Below, piece after piece: positions 42,760 through 51,843 of a DNA stretch of 64,000 nucleotides; positions within the stretch are counted from its first letter, which is position 1; the number at the start of each line of letters is the position of its first letter. The position numbers and the translations under genes were made by a program. Where the stretch lies: positions 32,001-96,000 of the IMG/VR virus record IMGVR_UViG_3300025545_000003; one strand, given 5' to 3'. This DNA comes from a virus. The notes below the pieces were generated by a model, which saw nothing but the letters and a program-made list of their open reading frames with translations, was not told where the DNA came from and searched no databases.

Positions 42760-43359
42760 ATGAGCAAGCACACGAACCGGGTAGCAGCCCGGTATATTAA
42801 GAGAGCCGCCAGCGAAGACCGCAAACAGTTCGACATGGGCGTCAAGGCCATCGGGACATCGCTCCTGCGGATGAAGGACGTGGTCTTCCTCTGGACAGGG
42901 AGGGGAACACCCCCTCCGGGACACGGGGCAGAGGGCTACGAGTCCCTGGCTGACGTGTACGGCCCTGTGCAGCATGTCGTGAACAAGATCGAGGACCTTG
43001 AGAAAGCCTACATCAGCCTCAAGCGTGTTCGTGTGGCCTCCAAGCGGATGGACCCCAAGTTCAAGCGGGCCGTCATTCCGTTGTTCAAGCGGGCAGGCCT
43101 GGATGGCAACGGGCGGTTCAGGAAGCCCCAACACGGGTACTCCAAGGCGTTGGACATCCTCGCCAAGTTCGAGATCGAACTGGACGACGTCGTGTCGTCC
43201 CACCTGTTCAACGGGGACAGCGGGACGATCCGGGCGGACCTGGCCTATTCGAACTCAGAGGACCCGTTCTCCCCTGAGTCGATTTCCAACTCGGTGCTGG
43301 TCATTTCGTTCACTAAGATGGCCAAGGACAGCTATGAGGTGCTGGCGTATCTGTCATGA
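42760..43359 (+). CDS. Hypothetical (probable virion) protein
   Basis: RBS GGAGG; RVAARY motif. Confidence 0.75.
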   Translation: MSKHTNRVAARYIKRAASEDRKQFDMGVKAIGTSLLRMKDVVFLWTGRGTPPPGHGAEGYESLADVYGPVQHVVNKIEDLEKAYISLKRVRVASKRMDPKFKRAVIPLFKRAGLDGNGRFRKPQHGYSKALDILAKFEIELDDVVSSHLFNGDSGTIRADLAYSNSEDPFSPESISNSVLVISFTKMAKDSYEVLAYLS

Positions 43360-43544
43360 AACGACTGGCCCCGAGGGTACTGGCCGCTATGAAGCAACAC
43401 CCGGAGTTCAGAGAGTACAAGAAAGCCCTCATGGGTTGCTGTAGGGCACCGCAAGACAAGGTGATGCGCCGACGGCTGGTCGCCTTCAGTCTCCAGAATC
43501 CCAAGTTCCAGCCCATCATCACGGGGATCCTGGTCAATGCCTGA
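43356..43544 (+). CDS. Hypothetical protein
   Basis: ATGA overlap. Confidence 0.55.
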   Translation: MKRLAPRVLAAMKQHPEFREYKKALMGCCRAPQDKVMRRRLVAFSLQNPKFQPIITGILVNA

Positions 43545-43710
43545 GCTTCACCTCTATGACTTCGACGGCACCCTGTTCCGGTCCCCAGAGGAACCGAAGT
43601 GGTGGAGCGACGTGTCGAAGAAGAACTGGTGGACCTCCGCACCCTCCCTCGATGAGCCCTGTGTCCCCCGGCAGCCAAAGTTCAAGTACACGGGCAAGAA
43701 CAAGCCCTAG
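43537..43710 (+). pseudogene. Truncated HAD-family phosphatase fragment
   Basis: MPELHLYDFDGTLFRSP..NWW; ends after 57 aa. Confidence 0.6.
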
Positions 43711-43744
43711 CCCTCATGTCCCACGCTATCGGGTAGAATGAGGC

Positions 43745-45313
43745 ATGAAGAGCACGCCGAAACATATCAGGCACGGACTCACCGCCCGCAACCCCCTCCT
43801 CGAAGGAGCCCTCGCACTGGCCCGTGCGGTTGCCGTCACCTACGGTCCACATGGGCGTATCGCCTTGTTAGATAGATTCGCAGGGCTTCTCCCCACGAAA
43901 GATGGGGTCACAGTGGCGAGGGAGATCCAGTTGGAAGGCCCGAGGGCTCTCGGGGCGGACATCCTTAAGTACTCCTGCATAGCCCTGAATGATAAGTGCG
44001 GGGACGGAACAACCACCGCCGCCATCGTCAGCGCCGCCCTCCTTCGGGAAGGCCACAAGCGGATCGTGGCCGGGGTGGAACCGAGGACGGTTTGCAACGA
44101 GTTGCAAACCGCCTCCGAGAGAGCCATCGAGGCCATCCGTGAGATGTCCGTCCGGGCCGACAACCAGAAGGACCTGGATCACGTAGCCCGCATCGCCAGC
44201 AACGGAGACGATGACGTGGCCCGGTGCCTCGCTGAAGGTGCCATGGCCGTCGGCAAGGACGGGACGATCTCCATCGAGGACGGCTATGGCACGGAGACCG
44301 TGTTGGAGTACAAGGACGGCTTCGAGTGTGACGCCCGCCTAGCCTCCCACCACTTCCAAGGCCCAGAGGGTGCCCTCAAGTTGGAAGGTGCCCTCGTGGC
44401 GGTGGTCAACCAGCCCATCCACCAGGTGACAGACGTGGTCTCCCTGTTGGAGGAAGCCTCCCAGTGGCCCAACAACCCGCTGCTGATCTTCGCCCCCTCG
44501 TTCAGCGGGATGGTCAACATGACCATCGGCATGAACATCAAGGCGTCGAACGTCACGGCTTACCCGGTGCTGGCTCCGGGCGTCCACGTCCAGAAGGTCG
44601 AGTACCTGAAGGACATCGCCGCCATGGCTGGGGCCGTGTTCATTGACCCGGAGGCGGGCCAGAGCGTTAGGAAGTGGCAGCCGGAGTGGTTCGGCTCCTT
44701 GCGCCGTGCGACCGTCGGCATGAAGTCCTCCCTGTTGGAAGGCTATGATGAGCCGGACAAGCAGGCAGCCCGTGACGCACGCATCCGGGAACTGGAGGGC
44801 TTGGAGCGCACTACCACCTCTGAGTTCGACCTGGACAGGATCAAGGAGCGCAAGGCCAAGCTCGCCGACGGCTTCGTGATCCTACGGGTGGGCGGCATCA
44901 CCGAGTCCGCTATGAAGGAACGCCGTGCCCGTGTGGAAGACGCCTTTGGAGCCGTCAGGGCGGCCCTCAGAGAGGGCCTGGTTCCCGGTGGCGGCACAGT
45001 GTACCTCCGGGCCGCCGAAGCGCTCACAGGGGAAGCACGGGGCACAGGGGGCGACATTCTCCGCAAAGCCCTCCAGGCCCCCGCACTGATGTTAGCTGGT
45101 AACGCGGGCCTCGACCCTCACGCTGTCCTGCACCAGATCGCTGAACACGATTCTCCGTGGGGCGGACTAGACGCCCGCACCGGACAAGTAAGGGACCTGT
45201 CACAGGACCCCAAGATAGTAGACCCCACAGCAGTAGCGGTTGAGGTGGTACGTGCCGCCGTGTCCGTTGCTGTAACTCTGCTGACGGTCGAGTGCTCCGT
45301 TGGCAAGGCTTAG
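43745..45313 (+). CDS. groEL: Phage chaperonin GroEL-like protein
   Basis: TYGPHGR, TKDGVTVARE, GDGTTTA, EGLVPGGG, IVDP. Confidence 0.93.
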   Translation: MKSTPKHIRHGLTARNPLLEGALALARAVAVTYGPHGRIALLDRFAGLLPTKDGVTVAREIQLEGPRALGADILKYSCIALNDKCGDGTTTAAIVSAALLREGHKRIVAGVEPRTVCNELQTASERAIEAIREMSVRADNQKDLDHVARIASNGDDDVARCLAEGAMAVGKDGTISIEDGYGTETVLEYKDGFECDARLASHHFQGPEGALKLEGALVAVVNQPIHQVTDVVSLLEEASQWPNNPLLIFAPSFSGMVNMTIGMNIKASNVTAYPVLAPGVHVQKVEYLKDIAAMAGAVFIDPEAGQSVRKWQPEWFGSLRRATVGMKSSLLEGYDEPDKQAARDARIRELEGLERTTTSEFDLDRIKERKAKLADGFVILRVGGITESAMKERRARVEDAFGAVRAALREGLVPGGGTVYLRAAEALTGEARGTGGDILRKALQAPALMLAGNAGLDPHAVLHQIAEHDSPWGGLDARTGQVRDLSQDPKIVDPTAVAVEVVRAAVSVAVTLLTVECSVGKA

Positions 45314-45352
45314 CCCAGTGTTTTCACGGGTTGAAGAAGTAGGAGGTGGGAA

Positions 45353-45526
45353 ATGGAAGCACTTGGTTTGACACTCGGAGCCCTTGTCATATTCGGCAAG
45401 GCTATCGGCCTGTTCCTGCTCATCTTCCTCCCCTGTTGGGTGCTGGCACGCCTCGGGAAGGGTTACAAGAGGTGGGAGCGCCGACAGAGGGAGAGCGAAT
45501 GGTCGATCAAGCTGATCCCGGACTGA
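45353..45526 (+). CDS. Small membrane protein (57 aa)
   Basis: Promoter motif, RBS AGGAGG, hydrophobic N-terminus. Confidence 0.55.
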   Translation: MEALGLTLGALVIFGKAIGLFLLIFLPCWVLARLGKGYKRWERRQRESEWSIKLIPD

Positions 45527-45939
45527 CACCGCCCGCAGAACTGAAGCTCAAGGGCACGAACAACGAACACAAAACCATCGTGGTTGAGGTACGGATCTGC
45601 CAGAACCCGAACGGGATGATCTACTCCTCCCACAACCTACAGGACGCCGGGGACGAACGGGTGTCGAAGGGCATGCTGGGGCATGGCACACAGGCCATCG
45701 CTTACGGACTGCTGATCGAAGCCCTGCGCCGTGAGGCGTACCTGTCCACGCTGGCACAGTTGACCGGGGACAAGGATTTCCTCACCAAGTACAAGGATGG
45801 GGACGAGAAAACCCGTGAGGCGTTGGAGCGCAAGGTGGCCGAAACCCTCCGTCATGTCGTCAACTCCATCATCGAGAAGAACGGCACGGACATGTCGAAG
45901 GAAGTCCTGCACATGGCCCTGAAACAGATCGGTCGCTAG
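45499..45939 (+). CDS. Hypothetical protein
   Basis: Phage codon usage. Confidence 0.7.
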   Translation: MVDQADPGLTPPAELKLKGTNNEHKTIVVEVRICQNPNGMIYSSHNLQDAGDERVSKGMLGHGTQAIAYGLLIEALRREAYLSTLAQLTGDKDFLTKYKDGDEKTREALERKVAETLRHVVNSIIEKNGTDMSKEVLHMALKQIGR

Positions 45940-45987
45940 GTGCTCGCCCGTCAAGTTTCGGGTATCCTATGCAGGAGAGGTGATGTG

Positions 45988-46236
45988 ATGACCAAGTCGA
46001 GTGCTGCACTGGCGATCAAACGCCCGGTCCTGTTCAGGAAGTTCCGGGGCCTCAACGATGAGGATCCGCCTGACGTAGAGACCCCCACAGACCCGCAGGA
46101 GGCCATGGAGTTGGGCTACAAGCTCGGACTCAAGCGTGGGTGGGGCGAGGGACTAGCGGACGGCGTGGACGTTGGGTTGGATGTTGGCGTCGAGGTAGCA
46201 GCGGAAGCCGCAGAAGAACCCTTCGACGTCAATTAG
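45988..46236 (+). CDS. Hypothetical protein
   Basis: RBS GAGGT. Confidence 0.6.
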   Translation: MTKSSAALAIKRPVLFRKFRGLNDEDPPDVETPTDPQEAMELGYKLGLKRGWGEGLADGVDVGLDVGVEVAAEAAEEPFDVN

Positions 46237-46499
46237 CCTTTCCTCAACCGTACTCCCCCCTTCAAACGAATAACCAACGACGACGGCACGACGACTCCGT
46301 CTTCCGGTCGGCCCATCGGCGGGACAACTACTCGAGACTTCGTGCGGTGTGTTCGGAACACGCCCAAGGGGGTTCGGACGGAATCATCCTCTTCCAAGGA
46401 CAGGAGTGCGTCTGGCAGGCAGAACATGACTGCCCGTACCTGTTCAGCGGGGACACCCGAAAACCGGGCGATCTTCTGTATCAAAAAATCGTATCTCAT
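46233..46499 (-). CDS. HU/IHF-like DNA-binding protein
   Basis: LIQKIARFSGV..V......L..VRTPLGVF..R....P pattern. Confidence 0.65.
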   Translation of the reverse strand: MRYDFLIQKIARFSGVPAEQVRAVMFCLPDALLSLEEDDSVRTPLGVFRTHRTKSRVVVPPMGRPEDGVVVPSSLVIRLKGGVRLRKG

Positions 46500-46610
46500 C
46501 TGCACCCTTCCGTAGAGCCCGAGGGACTCTCCTACCATACCCTTGGGTTCAATGATCGTCCTATGACGAGGCATAGGTAGAGCGCTCTACGGGACTCTCT
46601 GGAGGTCACT

Positions 46611-47060
46611 ATGCCCCAAGGCAAACTGTTCAAGATGGCGAGTACGCTCGACGACGCCGTTCTTCGGACTGCCGCACAGGACGAAGATGCACGACGTTTC
46701 CTGCTTGCTCTCCACCGGCAGGCCAAGGGCTGGGACAAGCTCCCGAAGGGCTGGACGCAGGAGAGCGTCAAGAAGTTCTGGTCGTCCCTGACCGGGGACG
46801 TGAAGCACAAGGTTACGAAGTGCATCAAGGAGATGGACGGGAAGTTCGACGACCCTGGTGCCTTCTGCGCTTCCCTGGCCGACATGGTGACCCCCGGCTG
46901 GCGCACCAAGAAGACCGCCTTCAACAAGTACAACGCCCCCGAGGTGCTGGCCCAACTGTTCAAGGCCCTTTCCGCCGCCGGGTTGGATGACGCTGTGGCG
47001 AACCTCCGGCAACGGAAGGTCCCGCAGATCGTGGACAAGGCATGGAGGGATCGAGGGTGA
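46611..47060 (+). CDS. Hypothetical (probable virion) protein
   Basis: RBS GGAGGT. Confidence 0.75.
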   Translation: MPQGKLFKMASTLDDAVLRTAAQDEDARRFLLALHRQAKGWDKLPKGWTQESVKKFWSSLTGDVKHKVTKCIKEMDGKFDDPGAFCASLADMVTPGWRTKKTAFNKYNAPEVLAQLFKALSAAGLDDAVANLRQRKVPQIVDKAWRDRG

Positions 47061-47980
47061 ACAAGCAAGCCGCAGCAGCCGTAGACCCCGTCCGCCAGCG
47101 GACTCAGTACACCTGCACTAAAGGGATCAACTGGGACGATGCCCCTTTGGGCAAATTGTCTGATGGTGATGTGGCTCGCATGTATAAGGTCGCCCGTCCT
47201 GTGGTCTGTAATGCCCGCAATCGAAGAGGCATCCCGCCCTTCACGTCACGGTATGTAAATGTGGTGTGGGATGATGTTCCTCTTGGTGGTTTTCCAGATG
47301 CTGTGCTGGCAAAGGAGCTTGGAGTGTCCGAGCCCACGGTTTCACGGCATCGTAACCAGAAAGGCATATGCCCCTTCCAGTCAAGGTTCATCACCACTGA
47401 GGGGGAGGCTGCACAAAGCTACCCAGAAGCCCTCATCGATCTTTTTTGGCATGAACAGGACATTGCACATCAATTCCAAGTCCCAATCGGCCCCTACGTG
47501 GCTGATTGGGTGGTGGGAAACACCGTAGTTGAGTACGCAGGGTTCATCGAAAGCCGAACTTTTGGGGACAGGTACCGGGAGAGGCTCGCTGTCAAGGTCT
47601 CCTTCTACAAGTCGCAGGGGTGGCATGTGCAGGTCATCTACCCCAATGACCTGGAATCTTTCAAGCCCAAAGGTTCGCCTGAAATGACACGGGACATCAT
47701 CTCAGGAGGTGTTAATTGGTCAGGACAACCTCTCGGGAAAATGACGGACATGGATCTTGCATCTCGTCTGGGTGTCGGACAGACGACGGTGTCCCGATGG
47801 AGAAACATCTTTGGGATTGCCCCCTACAAGAAAAAGAAGCGGGACTGGACTCATGAGCCTCTCGGAAAGATGCCCGACCCGGCACTTGCAGCTCGTTTAG
47901 GGGTGAGCAAAGAAACTGTCCGACGTGCTCGTGTCATGTTCGGGATCCCGTCTTACAGGAGTGTCTGTCATGCAGCGTGA
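47057..47980 (+). CDS. Putative homing endonuclease (PD-(D/E)XK/Vsr-like core, four HTH repeats) fused to the N-terminus of its target gene
   Basis: SYPE..YVADW..VEYAG core; W...PLG..D..LA..LGV repeats; lower GC. Confidence 0.75.
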   Translation: MNKQAAAAVDPVRQRTQYTCTKGINWDDAPLGKLSDGDVARMYKVARPVVCNARNRRGIPPFTSRYVNVVWDDVPLGGFPDAVLAKELGVSEPTVSRHRNQKGICPFQSRFITTEGEAAQSYPEALIDLFWHEQDIAHQFQVPIGPYVADWVVGNTVVEYAGFIESRTFGDRYRERLAVKVSFYKSQGWHVQVIYPNDLESFKPKGSPEMTRDIISGGVNWSGQPLGKMTDMDLASRLGVGQTTVSRWRNIFGIAPYKKKKRDWTHEPLGKMPDPALAARLGVSKETVRRARVMFGIPSYRSVCHAA

Positions 47981-49568
47981 GGCCAAAGCAAACGTGACCC
48001 CTGTAAGGCAACGCACTCAATTTTCGTGCATGAGTTGCTCCATGATGATGTGCCTCAAGGCCAACGGGGTCGACACGAACGAGGACGAGGTGAACCGGGT
48101 CATGGGTGCCAAGCCCATGCAGGGTGCCGCCTGGGAGGAAGCCCTGGCCGCGGCCCAGCACTACGGCATGCGGGCTACCCTCACCGTTCCAGCTACCGTC
48201 CAGCAGTTGAAGAAGTGGACTGACCGGGGCGTCCCCGTGATGATCGCTTGGAACCCCGAAGGCCGGGACTGGTCCCACGCCTCTGTGGTGTTCGACGTGG
48301 ACGAGGACCTCAACGTCTACGTGGCCGACCCCAACATCCCGGACCCCGATGAGACCGTCCGCATCGTTCCCAAGGCCGAGTTCTACGGCAAGTGGTACGA
48401 GAAGTGGCCGAACTACCTCGTGCGTCGGCCCGCGATGGCCGTCGAGCGTGAGGTGTCCCCCGAGGGTCGCCAGATGGTCGCCAGCAAGGTGCCCGCCGAC
48501 GCTGAGCCCGTGAAGGGCACCAAGTTCTTCGTCTCGAAGAAGCCCTCGAAGAGCCCCTACCGTGGCCAGCCTGAGCAGTTCAAAATCTTCAACGAGCACG
48601 GCGGCGTGGTCGGGGGATATCCCGACCGGGGTGAAGCCATCGCCAAGGCCAAGAAGATGAAGACGGCCAAGACCCTCATGCAGGTCAAAGTGAAAAACAA
48701 GGCCCCTCGTGACCCCGGCGCTGCACGCCACGGGAAGCCGGGCGGAGCCGCAGGCGCTCACCACAACCGCGACCGCGACGTGTCCAAAGGGCGGAGCCGC
48801 AAGCCCAAGCACAAGAAGCCGATGGTGGAGCGTGAGGCGTCCCTGTTGGAGAAGCTGGCCCGGATCGACGAGAAGGACATGAACCGGGCCGCCCAACTCC
48901 TCCAGTACATGACTGAGAAGGAAGCGATGAAGCACCTCGTGAAGCAGGGGATGCATCGTCAAAACGCTTTCTTGGCGCTTAAGGCGGGCAAGATCCTCAA
49001 CAAGGACCATAAGGGGCGCCTCGCCGCTTCCAAAGAGGCAGGCTACAAGGGGAACCCAGATGGCAAGGACATCTACCCAAACGAGATCGAACACGGGTAC
49101 GGTGAGCCCATCGCTGGAGGAACTGACGTGATGCGACAACTACAGAACAAGCTCATCCATGAACAGGGTGATGCAGTACCACAGCGGCCCGAGAGCCCCC
49201 GGATGGCCAGTCAGCTTTCCCTCTCCTCTGGTAAACCAGACCCCAAGATGACGGCTGCATTGAAGCAACGAGCCGAAAGGAAATTGCTCCGTTCCCGTAG
49301 CAAAGGTGATTTTGAGGGGGCATTGATGTCGGCTGGTTTCCACGCGAGGAAACACAGCACGACCGCCTTCGTCTATGCAGGCAACAGCTACGGGGCCGGT
49401 GTGTGGCGTGTCTCTTTCAAGGCAGGGGAATACCTGAACCCCATCAACAACACAGGGGTCCGGGTACTGTCAGTGACCCCAGACCTCGACGTGACGGTCT
49501 TCCAAATCAAACAACGCCCCAGGATGGCCGCCCGTGTGGCCCACCTGTACCTCAAGAGGAGCCAGTAA
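47970..49568 (+). CDS. C39-like cysteine peptidase domain protein
   Basis: Q..QFSC...HASVVFD..VYVADPN. Confidence 0.75.
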   Translation: MQREAKANVTPVRQRTQFSCMSCSMMMCLKANGVDTNEDEVNRVMGAKPMQGAAWEEALAAAQHYGMRATLTVPATVQQLKKWTDRGVPVMIAWNPEGRDWSHASVVFDVDEDLNVYVADPNIPDPDETVRIVPKAEFYGKWYEKWPNYLVRRPAMAVEREVSPEGRQMVASKVPADAEPVKGTKFFVSKKPSKSPYRGQPEQFKIFNEHGGVVGGYPDRGEAIAKAKKMKTAKTLMQVKVKNKAPRDPGAARHGKPGGAAGAHHNRDRDVSKGRSRKPKHKKPMVEREASLLEKLARIDEKDMNRAAQLLQYMTEKEAMKHLVKQGMHRQNAFLALKAGKILNKDHKGRLAASKEAGYKGNPDGKDIYPNEIEHGYGEPIAGGTDVMRQLQNKLIHEQGDAVPQRPESPRMASQLSLSSGKPDPKMTAALKQRAERKLLRSRSKGDFEGALMSAGFHARKHSTTAFVYAGNSYGAGVWRVSFKAGEYLNPINNTGVRVLSVTPDLDVTVFQIKQRPRMAARVAHLYLKRSQ

Positions 49569-51835
49569 TGGCCGTCAAGCCCCTCACATGGTCCGTAAGC
49601 TGGCGGGAGATCGCCGAACGCATCCTGCTCACCTACGACCTGACCCCCACAGGGAACGGATTGTACCGGGTGAACCTTGATGGCCATTGTTACGGGTCAG
49701 CCACCAAAGACAAGGCGGTGGCATGGGCGCTGGCCGATTTCACGAAGAAGTTGGAGACGGTGATGAAGTCCGTCGCCAAGTCTGCAAGGAGTGATCAGAT
49801 GAAGAACGCGATGCAGGAACTCCGGGATCTCGCCGCCAGGTTCACTGAGGGCGAGTCTGTAGACGTGGCCAAGTACCTCCGTGACCACGGCAACCCCGAG
49901 GCCGCCGACAAGTGGGAAGCCATGAACGAAGAGTACGGCGACCTGCTCAAGAAGGCCGCTAAGAAGCCCCGCCCGGAAGAATACGGCATCGACCCCAGGA
50001 AGCATTACGTCTGGGCTGTGGATGAGGGCGATGCATATGGCCCCTTCAACCCGAAGGATGCCCGGACATTTTTGGACAAGGTCCAGTCGCTGGGGTACAG
50101 CGTCCTGATCAAGACCGGCAAGGAACTCTTCGACTCCCTGGTGTTCCACAACCGCCTCGACCAAACGACGATCTACCCTCTCCGGGAAGCCCTGAAGAAG
50201 TACCGCATCAGGCTCGCTACCGCCTCTCTAGAGAAGATGGCCTCCTCGATGGAAGAGGGTAAGCTCTACCACTCCACGAAGGTGTCCAGTGACATCGAGG
50301 GGTCGTGGTTCTACGCCATCGAGCGGATGAAGAACGGCAAAATGAAAGGCGTCGTTGTCCACCAAGATGCGGGCCGCAAAGTACCCAACAAGGCGAAGAG
50401 CTACATCATCGACAGCCAGTGGGCGAGCACCGCATGGAAAGAGACCGCCTCCTCCAAGGTCCCTTCCAATGTCATATCCAAGCTCAAGGGTTCGGGCAAG
50501 ATGGCCTCCGACGTCACCGTCATGTTAGCGGAGAAGGACGGCAAGCATGTGATGCACAACCTTGCGATGGAAACCCTGGGGAAAATGGCTGCTCTGCTCA
50601 CAGCCGCCAAGAACACCGAGGGTGAGTACTGGGGCCGCCGTGCGAAGGACAGTAAGCACGTCAAGATGAAGCCCGCAGAGGCCAAGAAGGTCATCAAGCA
50701 GAAGAAAGGGGACGGGAAAGACTGGCTCGCCGTTTGGTTGGTGCCTCCCGAGTACGTAGACGCCAAGGAGCAGGATTACCGTATCAAGCAGGGTTGGATC
50801 AATCCTGTCTGGGAATGGAACCTCGGTCCTCAGAAGGGTGGGGTCAAGGGACGCACAGCAGCAGCGTCCAACCCACTTCGATGGTCCGTAGACTGGCAAG
50901 AGATCGTTGACCGCATCATGGACACGTATCCCATTCATCTCACAGGACCGCGTTCCTACGCTGTAGAGAGCCCGTTTGGGTCCGGTGTTCATACACCAGA
51001 CCTGAATGGAGCTAAGATGTGGGCCGTAGAAGACTTCGTGAAGCACCTGATGCAAGTGGCCAAGCGAACTCGTGTCAAGCTGGGTAGCACGGCGATGAAG
51101 GAACTGGAGAGGATGGCCGACTGGAAGCCCGGTGAGGTCGACCCTGAAGGTTCGTGGACCGAAGGCGAAGTGTTCACCGACGAAGAGGAGCCCAAACCCG
51201 AAGGTTCTATGATCCCCGGTCTGGAAGAGCGCATGGCCGCCCTGGTCAAGACAGCAGCGGCCCCGTCTGGCCTTTACGGCTACACCAAGCGGGTTCAGGC
51301 CGACTGTGAGTCCGCAACCCGCAAGATCGCCAAGCGTGCCCTCCTCATCGCCAAGAACGCCTACCGCAAGGATGAGAGGGTGGCGCAGTTCCTGGCCATG
51401 CACGCCAAGCGGGCCAAAAGCTCCTCCGCCCGCATCATCCTGACCGCCCTCAAGGAAATGGCCCCCAAGGTCGCCTCCTACAACGACGACGAAGCCTCGT
51501 GGCCCCACATCGCAACGGACAGCCGGGACGTGATCCTTCAGGCCAAGCGGGCCGGGGTGAGGTCCTACGGGCTGTACGGGTTCCCCACGAAGACTGCCAG
51601 CCTCGGCCTGTCCGCCTGCACGCAACTCCGTGAGGCCGCAGGGCACGTAGCCTCCGACATGCACGTCCGCCGTGCGGCCAAGCACGCCCTCTACACGGGC
51701 TTCCTCAAGCAGCACAGCAAGGAGGCCAAGTGTCATTACGCACGGCTCCTCCACGCCAGCTACCCGGAGGCCAACACGAAGGTCGCCGCAACCGCACCTT
51801 CGACCGTGGCCGGTTGGCTGTCCCACGACGAGTAG
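49568..51835 (+). CDS. Modular probable virion protein with internal duplications
   Basis: Two PL.WSV.W.EI..RI..TY domains; two GLYG repeats. Confidence 0.75.
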   Translation: MAVKPLTWSVSWREIAERILLTYDLTPTGNGLYRVNLDGHCYGSATKDKAVAWALADFTKKLETVMKSVAKSARSDQMKNAMQELRDLAARFTEGESVDVAKYLRDHGNPEAADKWEAMNEEYGDLLKKAAKKPRPEEYGIDPRKHYVWAVDEGDAYGPFNPKDARTFLDKVQSLGYSVLIKTGKELFDSLVFHNRLDQTTIYPLREALKKYRIRLATASLEKMASSMEEGKLYHSTKVSSDIEGSWFYAIERMKNGKMKGVVVHQDAGRKVPNKAKSYIIDSQWASTAWKETASSKVPSNVISKLKGSGKMASDVTVMLAEKDGKHVMHNLAMETLGKMAALLTAAKNTEGEYWGRRAKDSKHVKMKPAEAKKVIKQKKGDGKDWLAVWLVPPEYVDAKEQDYRIKQGWINPVWEWNLGPQKGGVKGRTAAASNPLRWSVDWQEIVDRIMDTYPIHLTGPRSYAVESPFGSGVHTPDLNGAKMWAVEDFVKHLMQVAKRTRVKLGSTAMKELERMADWKPGEVDPEGSWTEGEVFTDEEEPKPEGSMIPGLEERMAALVKTAAAPSGLYGYTKRVQADCESATRKIAKRALLIAKNAYRKDERVAQFLAMHAKRAKSSSARIILTALKEMAPKVASYNDDEASWPHIATDSRDVILQAKRAGVRSYGLYGFPTKTASLGLSACTQLREAAGHVASDMHVRRAAKHALYTGFLKQHSKEAKCHYARLLHASYPEANTKVAATAPSTVAGWLSHDE

Positions 51836-51843
51836 GAGGTGCC

